From assembly GCA_963770895.1 (NCBI GenBank), contig CAVYRF010000001.1, forward strand, positions 1,152,001 through 1,216,000: 64,000 nt of DNA, read 5' to 3'. The notes under the pieces were generated by a model. It was not told the DNA's origin, did no database searches, and was given only the letters and a program-made list of their open reading frames with translations. Positions 1 to 9,000 of this stretch are shown here, in pieces (the first letter of the stretch is position 1; each line of letters opens with the position of its first letter). The DNA is from an uncultured Acidobacteriota bacterium (lineage in GTDB: Bacteria > Acidobacteriota > Thermoanaerobaculia > Multivoradales > UBA5704). The position numbers and the translations under genes are program-made.

Positions 1-1
1 T

Positions 2-1435
2 GCCGAAGCCGCGGCGCTGGCGTCCCGCGCACCGTCCAACCTGCCGGCAGACGGGGCGTCGCCAGAGCAGCCGGCAGCGCCGCCGCCGCACCTGCCGCCG
101 CTGCCCATTGTGGCGCTGCGCGGTCGCCAGCGTTTCGTGCGCGGCAGCGAACGGCTGCACCTGCCCGATGCCGGGCCGAGGCCGGACCAGGCCGGCAGCG
201 GCGCCGGCTTGCTGCGAGGCGGTGCCTACCTGATCGCCGGCGCCGACCGCGGCGCGGGCGAGCCGTTGGCGCAGCACCTGGTGCGCCAGCTGGATGCGCG
301 GGTGGCGCTGGTGATCGCACCCGCCGCCGCCGCCGCGGCGCCGGCGGAGTCCCCAGCCGCCGGGCGCCTGCTGACGCTGGCCGGCGAGGTGGGCGACACC
401 CGCGTGCTGATCGTGCGCGGCGACCCCGCCGACCCGGCAGTGATGGCTGCGGCGGCAGCGCAGGCGGGCGCCCGGTTCGGTGCGCTGCACGGCGCCTTGT
501 GGAGCGGCGGCGTCGCCACCGGCCTGCTGCCCTGGAAGACGGCGGCAGGCCTGCACGCGGCGCTCGACCAGGTGGCGCGCGAGGCCGCGGCGCTGTGCGA
601 CGCCGCCGCGCCCGCGGCGCCGCGGTTCGTGGCATTGCTGGCCACGACCGCGGCGGTCACCGGTGGTGTCGGACTGCTGGAAGAGGCCGCCGCGGGTTCC
701 TACCTGGAAGCCTTCGCCAATCAGCGCGCCAGCGGCGACGGTGTCGCGGAAGCGGTGCCGCCTTGTCCGGTCGTCGCGGTGCATTGGGACCCCTACCAGT
801 GGGGCGGCTGGCTGGTGGCGGAGCTGGGCGCCGGCACCGCGGGGCTGTCGCCGCTGGAGATGGCGGCGATGGTGGCGGAGCAGGGCATCGCGCCCGAGCG
901 CAGCGCCGGCGCCCTGGGCCTGCTGCTGGCCGCGGCGCTGCCGGCGGCGGCGATCTCGGCGGGCGACCTGGCGCTGCTCGCCAGCGAAGCGGACAGCGTG
1001 ACCGCGGACGCCCTGCTCGCCGGCATGGCGGCGCCGGGGGTGCGCTCGCCGCGGCCCGACCTGGCGACGCCGTACGAGGCGCCGCGCGACGAGTTGGAGG
1101 AGAGCCTGGCGGCGCTGTGGCAGGAGCTCTTCGGCATCGAGCCGATCGGCCGCGACGACGTGTTCCTGGACCTGGGCGGCCATTCGCTGCTGGCGATCCA
1201 GATCGTCACCCAGGTGCGCCACCGGCTGCACGTCGACCTGCCGCTGACGGTGCTGTTCGAGGCGCCCACCGTGGCGCAGCTGGCGGCGGCGGTGCGGCGG
1301 GCGCGCGGCGAGGACGACCCGGCCGAGCTCGAGGCGCTGCTGGCGCAGGTCGAGGCGCTGTCGGCGGCGGAGGCCGCCGACAAGCTGGCGCAGCTGGACG
1401 TGCCGGCCGAGGTGCCGGCGGGGGTGGAAGCATGA
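2..1435 (+). CDS. 3' part of a PKS or hybrid PKS-NRPS: degenerate KR domain, carrier domain and C-terminal docking helix (partial; frame open from the window start)
   Basis: KR-like fold (YLIAGADRGAG, VAVHWDPYQW). Carrier with PYEAPRDELE...LGGHSLLA. Acidic tail ELEALLAQVEALSAAEA. No stop codon between position 2 and the GTG at 110. Confidence 0.88.
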   Translation, partial: AEAAALASRAPSNLPADGASPEQPAAPPPHLPPLPIVALRGRQRFVRGSERLHLPDAGPRPDQAGSGAGLLRGGAYLIAGADRGAGEPLAQHLVRQLDARVALVIAPAAAAAAPAESPAAGRLLTLAGEVGDTRVLIVRGDPADPAVMAAAAAQAGARFGALHGALWSGGVATGLLPWKTAAGLHAALDQVAREAAALCDAAAPAAPRFVALLATTAAVTGGVGLLEEAAAGSYLEAFANQRASGDGVAEAVPPCPVVAVHWDPYQWGGWLVAELGAGTAGLSPLEMAAMVAEQGIAPERSAGALGLLLAAALPAAAISAGDLALLASEADSVTADALLAGMAAPGVRSPRPDLATPYEAPRDELEESLAALWQELFGIEPIGRDDVFLDLGGHSLLAIQIVTQVRHRLHVDLPLTVLFEAPTVAQLAAAVRRARGEDDPAELEALLAQVEALSAAEAADKLAQLDVPAEVPAGVEA

Positions 1436-1476
1436 GCGGGCCTGGCGCCAGCCGGACCGCACGAGGTGGGCGATGA
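1432..1476 (+). other. Possible 14-codon bridging mini-ORF (MSGPGASRTARGGR)
   Basis: Its ATG (1432) overlaps the TGA of the upstream gene, and its TGA (1474-1476) overlaps the ATG of the next gene. Both junctions are ATGA overlaps. Confidence 0.35.
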
Positions 1477-3011
1477 GCGTCGCCGAACGCCTGGCGGCGC
1501 TGTCGCCCGAGCAGCGCGCGCTGCTCGACAAGCTGCGCGCCGCCTCCCCGGCGGCAACCGCGTCGCCCGCCTCGCAAGCGTCCCCGACGACCCCGCCAAC
1601 CGGCGCCGGCCAGCAGCAACCGCCGCCGGTGCGGCCGGTGTCGGGGCCGAGCGGGGTCGGCGACTGGCCGCTCAGCTTCGACCAGGAGCGGCTGTGGGGG
1701 CTGCACCAGCAGGTCGACCAGCTGGTGTCGTGGAACGTCGACGCCGGCAGCCGCTTCCGCGGCGGCGCGGTCGACCTGCGGGCGCTGCTGGGCGCGGTGC
1801 ACGCGCTGGTGCGGCGGCACGCGGCGTGGCGCACCACGTTCCCGCTGGTGGACGGCCGGCCGGTGCAGCGGGTGGCGGCGTTCATCCGACCGGCGGCGGC
1901 GGTGATCGACCTGGCGGCGCTGCCCGCCGCCCGCCGCGAGCAGGAGGCGCACACGGCGATCTGGCACCACACGCGCCAGCCGTTCGACCTGGCGCGCGGG
2001 CCGCTGCTGCGCCTGGCCCTGGTGCGGCTGGCGGCCGACGATCATCTCTGCCTGGTGACCCTGCACCACCTGGTGACCGACTGGATCAGCTTCCAGATCT
2101 TCTTCGGCGAGCTGCTGGCGCTCTACCGGCTGCAGCTTGCCGGCCGCGCCGTGCCGCTGCCGCCGCCGGAGGTGCAGTTTCCCGACTATGCGCTGTGGGA
2201 GCGCGACTGGCTGCGCGGCGACGTGCTGGCCGCCGAGCAGGACTTCTGGCGGCGCGAGCTGGCGGGGTTTCCGCTCGCCCTGGACCTGCCGGCGGCGCGG
2301 CCGCGGCCGGCGGTGCAGAGCCAGCGCGGCGGCATGGCGCGGATGGACGCCGGCGCCTCGCGCAGCGCCCGCCTGCGCGCCCTGGCTCGCGCCCAGGGGG
2401 CGACGCCGTTCATGGCGATGCTGGCGCTGCTCTACGCGCTGCTGTGGCGGCTGACCGGCCGCGAACGGCTGGTCGTCGGCTCCAACGGCGCCAACCGCCC
2501 GCGGCCCGAGCTGCAGGGCGTGGCCGGGTTCTTCCTCACCCAGATGCCGTTCGCCGCCGACGTCGGCGGCGATCCCACCTTCCGCGAGCTGCTGGCGCGC
2601 AGCCGGCGGGCGGCGCTGGCCGCCTACGCCCACCAGAACCTGCCGTTCAGCCTCCTGGTGGAGGCGCTGCCGGGCGCCCTCGCTGCCGCCGGCAACGGCC
2701 TGGAGCGCAATCCGGTGGTGCAGGTGATGCTGCTGGTGCTGACGTCGCCGCCGGCGGCGACGGTGCCCGGCGGGCCGACGTTCGAGCCGGTGCCGCTGTA
2801 CGACGGCAACTCGCGCTGGGACCTGATGTTCGGCATCTACGACGACGCCGACCGCGGCCTGGCCGGGGTGGTGGAGTTCAACGCCGACATCCTGGACGCG
2901 CCCCAGGTCGAAGGCTGGGTGGCGCTGCTGGTGCGCTTCATGGACGCGGTGACCGCCGACCCGGGACTGCGGCTGTCGCAGCTGCCGGCGGCTGGTGAGG
3001 TGGCGCGATGA
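1473..3011 (+). CDS. Stand-alone condensation-domain protein with variant active site HHLVTDWIS and an N-terminal docking helix
   Basis: PLSFDQERLW, RHAAWRTTF, PFDLARGPLLR, HHLVTDWIS (2064-2090), HQNLPF. GAGGTGG SD-like sequence before the ATG. No A or T domain. Confidence 0.92.
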   Translation: MSVAERLAALSPEQRALLDKLRAASPAATASPASQASPTTPPTGAGQQQPPPVRPVSGPSGVGDWPLSFDQERLWGLHQQVDQLVSWNVDAGSRFRGGAVDLRALLGAVHALVRRHAAWRTTFPLVDGRPVQRVAAFIRPAAAVIDLAALPAARREQEAHTAIWHHTRQPFDLARGPLLRLALVRLAADDHLCLVTLHHLVTDWISFQIFFGELLALYRLQLAGRAVPLPPPEVQFPDYALWERDWLRGDVLAAEQDFWRRELAGFPLALDLPAARPRPAVQSQRGGMARMDAGASRSARLRALARAQGATPFMAMLALLYALLWRLTGRERLVVGSNGANRPRPELQGVAGFFLTQMPFAADVGGDPTFRELLARSRRAALAAYAHQNLPFSLLVEALPGALAAAGNGLERNPVVQVMLLVLTSPPAATVPGGPTFEPVPLYDGNSRWDLMFGIYDDADRGLAGVVEFNADILDAPQVEGWVALLVRFMDAVTADPGLRLSQLPAAGEVAR

Positions 3012-6000
3012 GCGGCGTCGCCGGCCGCATCGCGGCGCTGTCGCCCGAGCAGCGCGCCCTGTTCGAAAAGCTCCGCCAGCAGCAGCAGCGCGCCGCGCGC
3101 CGCCTCGATCCGCCGCCCATCGCGCGGGTGAGCGGCGCGACGGGGCAGGGCGACTGGCCGCTGTCGCTCGACCAGGAACGCTTCTGGTTCATGGAGCAGC
3201 TGTACTCCAACCATGCCGGCCTCAACATCACCGCCGCCACGCGCCTGCGCGGGCGCCTCGCGGTGCCGCTGCTGGGCAAGGCGCTGGCCGCCGTGGTGCG
3301 CCGCCACGCGGCGTGGCGCACCACCTTCCCGGCGACGGCTGCGGGCGCGCCTTTGCAGCGCGTCGCGCCGCCCGCGGGCAGGGGTGCCGCCGGCGCCGGC
3401 GGTGGCGAGGTGCGGCTGGCGATGATCGACCTGTCGGCGCTGCCGGCGGCGGTGCACGCCGCGCAGGTGTCGCGCCTGGTGGACCAGGACACGGCGGCGC
3501 CGTTCGACCTGGCGCGCGGGCCGCTGGTGCGCGCCCACCTGCTGCGCCTGAGCGCGGTGGATCACGTGTGCGTGCTGACCGTCCACCACCTGGTGACCGA
3601 CTGGATCTCGTTCCAGATCGCCTGGAGCGAGCTGGCGGCGGCCTACCAGGCGCTGGCCGCCGGCCGGCCGGCGGCGCTGCCGGAGCCGCCGGTGCACTAT
3701 CCCGACTTCGCGGTGTGGCAGCGCGCCTGGCTGTCGGGGGAGGTGCTGGCCGAGCTGGAATCCTGGTGGCGCCAGACGCTTGCCGGCGTGCCGCTGGTGC
3801 TCGACCTGCCGCTGGACCGGCCGCGTCCGGCGGTGGCGCGCATGCGCGGCGGCCGGCGGCCGGTGGCGGCGTCGCCCGAGCTTTCCGAGGCGCTGCGGGC
3901 GCTGGGGCGGCGCCACGGCGCCACCCTGTTCATGACCGTGCTGGCGGCGACCGGCGTGCTGATCCATCGCGATTCCGGCCAGGAGCGGCTGGTCCTGGGC
4001 GCCAACAACGCCAACCGCAACCGCCCCGAGATCGAGCCGGTGCTGGGGTGCTTCCTCACCCAGGTGCCCTTCGTGATCGACCTCACCGGCGATCCGGCGT
4101 GGAGCGAGCTGCTGACCCGGGTGCGGCAGTCGGCCCTGGGCTCGTTCGGCCACCAGGACCTGCCGTTCGGCAAGCTGGTGGAGGCGGTGCGGCCGGAGCG
4201 CGACGCCAGCCGCCAGCCGGTGATCCAGACGCTGGTGCAGGTGCTCGACGCCCAGTATTCCAAGGTGGAGATGGCCGGCGTCAGCTTCGAGGCGGTGGAC
4301 TCCTACGACGGCAGGGCGCGCTACGACCTGATGTTGAGCCTGTACGACGCGCCGGGCGGCATCGCCGGGTCGCTGGAGTACGACGCCGACCTGTTCGACG
4401 CGGCGACCGTCGAAAGGATGGTGGAGCGCTTCCTGCTGCAAGCGGCGGCGGCCGCCGCCGATCCCGGCCTGCGCCTGTCGCAGCTGCCGGTGCTGTCGGC
4501 CGCGGCGCGCCATCAGGCTCTCCACGAATGGAACGACACGGAGTGGCCGGCGCCGCCCTGGACGGTGCCGGGACGCATCGCCGCGCAGGCGCTGGCGACG
4601 CCGGACGCCGCGGCGGTGGTCGCCCAGGAAGGCGGCCTGGTGCTCAGCTACGGCGAGTTGGCGCGGCGTGCCGGCGGCCTGGCCGGCGGGCTGCGCGCCG
4701 CGGGAGTCGGCACCGAATCCCGCGTCGCGCTGGCGCTCCAGCGCGGCGCCGACATCCCGCTGGCCATCCTGGCGGTGTGGCTGGCGGGGGGCGCCTACGT
4801 GCCGCTCGACCCTGACTCGCCGCGGGAGCGGCTGGCGCGGTTGCTGGCCGACGCAGCGCCGCGCCTGGTGGTGCATCGCGGACCGCTGCCGGTCGAGCTG
4901 CCGGCGGGGCTGGCCGGCTTCGATCTCGCCGGGTGGGAGCCAGGGGCGGCGGCACCGGGGGAGGCGCCGCCTGCCGCGATGACTCTTCTTGCCGCGGCGT
5001 CCCCCGCCGCCGGTGTGGCGAGCGCCGTGGGCGAGGCGGGCGAGGCGGGCGGCCCGCGCGCCGACCAGCTGGCCTACCTGCTCTACACCTCGGGCACCAC
5101 CGGCCTGCCCAAGGCCGCCATGATCGAGCACGGCGGGCTGGCGGCGATGCTGGCGGCGCTCGGAGAGCGGCTCGACCTGCGTGCCGGCGACCGGGTGCCG
5201 GCGATGGCGCCGTACGTCTTCGACGCGTCGCTGCTGGAGATGTTCCTGCCGCTGCTCGTCGGCGGCGTGGTCGAGGTGCTGAGCGCCGACCAGGTGCTGG
5301 ACCTGGATCGCTTGCTGGCGGCCATGGCGCGCGCCACCCAGGTGCTCACCGTGCCGGCGCAGATGCGCCGCCTGCCGCCCGACCTGGCGGAGCGCCAGCC
5401 GGGGCGCTTCGCCGGCCTGCGCGCGCTGTCGGTGGGCGGCGACGTGGTGACGCCGGATCTGCAAGCCCGGCTGCTGGCGACCTTCCCGGCGGCCGCGCTG
5501 CACGTGATGTACGGCCCGACCGAGATCTCGATCCTCTGCACCGGCTTCCACGTGCCGCGCTGGCGGCCGGCCGAGCGGTCGTTGATCGGCTGGCCGCTGC
5601 CGGGGGTCGAGGCGCTGGTGGTGGACCGCCGGCTGGCTGGAGGCCCCGATGCGCCGGTGGAGCAGGAGGCGGCAGCCGTGTCCGGCCCGCCGGCGGCGAA
5701 CCCCGCGCCGGCCGCACCACCAGCGCCGTTTGCGTTGGTGGCGCCAGGCGTGCCGGGCGAGCTGTGGATCGGCGGCCGCGGCGTGGGGCGCGGCTACTTC
5801 GGCCGCGACCAGCTGACCGCCCAGAAGTTCGTCGTCGCCGGCGGCCGGCGTTTCTACCGCACCGGCGACCTGGTGCGGCAGGTGCACGCCTGGGGCGGCG
5901 CCCTGGAGTTCCTGGCCCGCACCGACCAGCAGGTCAAGGTGCGCGGCGTGCGCGTCGAGCCCGGCGAGGTCGAGGCCGCGCTGCGCGCCCATCCGTCAGT

Positions 6001-9000
6001 GGCCGACGCGGTGGTGGCGGCGCGCCCGGCCGCCGACGGCGAAAACCTGCTGGTCGCCTATTGGGTGGCAGCCGCTCCGGTGGCGCCCGGCGCGGCGAGT
6101 GCGCCCGACCTGCTCACCCACCTGCGCCAGACGCTGCCGGCCGCCCTGGTGCCGGCGGTGCTGGTGCCGCTCGCCGAGCTGCCGCGCAACGCCGCGGGCA
6201 AGGTGGATCGCCAGCGGCTGCCCGTGCCGCCGTCGTTCGCGGCGGGCGGCGCAGCCGGCGCGGCTGGTGGCGATGGCGCCGTCGCGCGCGGCGCCGTCGA
6301 GGAGCTGGTGGCGGGCATCTGGTGCCAGGTGCTGGGGGTGGCGAGCGTGCCGGCGGCGGCGGACTTCTTCGCCCTGGGCGGCCATTCGCTGCTCGCCACC
6401 CAGGTGATCAGCCGCCTGCGCGCGGCCACCGGCGTCGAGCTGCCGGTGCGGGAAATGTTCCAGTCGCCGACCGTCGAAGCGCTGGCGCGGGCGGTCACCG
6501 CCGCCCTGGCCGCGGGCGGCGCCGGCAATGCCGGGGCGATGCCGCCGGCGATCGGCCGCGCCGCCCGCGACGGCGAGCTGCCGCTGTCGTTCGCCCAGGA
6601 ACGGCTCTGGTTCCTGGACCGCCTGGCGCCGGGCAGCGCCGCGTACCACATCCCGGTGGCGCTGCGCGCGCAGGGCGCCCTGTCGCTGCCGGCGATGGCG
6701 GCGGCTCTCGACGCGATGACGCAGCGCCACGAGGCCCTGCGCACGACCTTCGGTGCCAGCCGTGGCGCCGGCGGCGGCGCCGTCGCGGCCGGAGGCGCCG
6801 CGGCGCTGCGCGGCGGCCCGCGCCCGGTCCAGGTGGTGAACGCTCCTGTCGCCGCCGCCCCCCTGCCGGTGATCGACCTGGCAGCCCTGCCGCCGGCCGA
6901 GCGCGAAGCCGAAGCGCGGCGCCTGGTCGACGCCGAGGTGGCGCGCCCGTTCGACCTGGAGCGCGACGCGGTGCTGCGCCAGAGCGCCCTGCGGCTGGGC
7001 GCCGCCGACCACGTGCTGCTGCTGGTGGTCCACCACATCGCCGCCGACGGCTGGTCGATCGGCGTCATGGTGCGCGAGATCACCGCGCTCTACGCCGCCG
7101 CCGTCGCGGCACGGCCGGCGGCGCTGCCACCGCTGCCGGTGCAGTACGCGGACTTCGCGGTGTGGCAGCGGCAATGGCTGCGCGGCGAAGCGCTCGAACG
7201 GCAGCTCGCCTACTGGCGCCGCCGCCTTGCCGCCGCCCCCGCGCTCGACCTGCCGACCGACCGGCCGCGGCCGGCGGCGCAGAGCTTCCGCGGCGCCACC
7301 CGGATGCACGCGGTGCCCGCCGCCACCGCCGCCGCCCTGCGCGAAACGGCGCGGCGCGGCGATGCGACGCTCTTCATGCTGCTGCTGGCCGCCTTCCAGA
7401 CGCTGCTCGGCCGCTACGCCGGCCGCGACGACGTGGTGGTCGGCACGCCGATCGCCAACCGCACGCGCGCCGAGATCGAGCCGCTCATCGGCTTCTTCGT
7501 CAACACCCTGGTGCTGCGCGGCGATCTGGCCGGCGATCCGCCGTTCGGCGAGCTGCTGGCGCGCACCCGGCGCGCCGCGCTGGAAGCCTATTCGCACCAG
7601 GACCTGCCGTTCGAGCGCCTGGTCGAGGAGCTGCGGCCGGAGCGCCGCCTGGCGCACAACCCGCTGTTCCAGGTGATGTTCGCGGTGCAGAACACGCCGC
7701 TCGGCGCGGTCGAGCTGCCGGGCGTCGCCTTCGCCCCGGTCGAGCTGACGTTCCCCGCCACGCGCTTCGACCTGGAGCTGTTCTTCACCGAGGTGGACGG
7801 CGCCCTGGCGGTGCAGCTCACCTACAGCACCGACCTCTTCGATCGCGCCACCATGCTGCGCCTGCTGGGCCACCTCGACCGCCTGCTCGCGGCGCTGCCG
7901 GCCGCCGCGCCCCAGCGGCTGTCGCAGCTCGCCCTGCTGGCGCCCGAGGAGCGCCAGCAGCTGGCCCGCGAGTGGAACGACACCGCGGCTCAGCTGCCCG
8001 CCGCGGGCGTCGCGGCGCGCTTCGCCCACCAGGCCCGCCGCCGCCCCGACGCCGTGGCGCTGTCGTGGGAGGACGGCGAGATCACCTACGCCGAGCTGGC
8101 GCGGCGCGCCGCCGCGGTGGCGGCCGCGCTGCGCAACGCCGGGATCGGCGCCGAAGCCAGGGTGGCGCTCGCGGCGCAGCGTGGGCCGGCCCTGGTGGCC
8201 GGCATCCTCGGCATCCTGGCGGTGGGCGGCGCCTACGTGCCGCTCGATCCGTCGTATCCAACCGAGCGGCTGGCGTTCATGCTCGACGACTCGCAGGCGC
8301 AGGCCGTGCTGGGCGACCCGGAGCTGACCGAAGGCCTGCCCGCCGGCCTGCCGCGGCTGGATCTGACGGCGGCCTTCGCTGGCGGCGGGCAGCCGCAAGC
8401 GGCGTTCGCGCCGCGCGGCGTCGACCTGGACGGGCTCGCCTACGTGATGTACACGTCGGGTTCGACCGGCCGCCCCAAGGGAGTCGGTGTCACCCATCGC
8501 GGCATTCTGCGCCTGGTCGCGGGCGGCGGGTGGCGGGAGCCGCATCCTGGCTCCGACGGCGCCGTCGATGTCGCAAATGGCGCCCATGCCGCCGACGCCG
8601 CCGATTTCGCCAACGCCGCCGGCCGTGCGGAGTGCGCCGACGACCGCATGCCGGGCGCTTTTGTGGAGCTCGGCCCCGGCCAGGTGTTTCTGCAACTGGC
8701 GCCGGTTTCCTTTGACGCATCGACGCTGGAACTGTGGGCGCCGTTGCTGCACGGCGGGCGGCTGGCGATCTTCCCGCCGCGGCGCCCGGCGCTGGCCGAC
8801 CTGGCGCAGGCGGTGGCGCGCTGGGGCGTCAGCTCGCTGTGGCTGACCGCCGGGCTGTTCCACCAAATGGTGGACCACGAGCTGGCATCGCTTGCCGGCT
8901 TGACCCAGCTGCTGGCGGGCGGCGACGTGCTGTCGCCGGCGCACGTGCGGCGGGCGCTCGCCGCGCTGCCTGCGATCACCCTGGTCAACGGCTACGGCCC

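Noticed and set aside
2064-3610. HHLVTDWIS domains as epimerisation or heterocyclisation domains
   Set aside because: They lack the E-domain EGHGRE/RTVGWFT motifs and the Cy DxxxxD motif. The overall scaffold is LCL-like.
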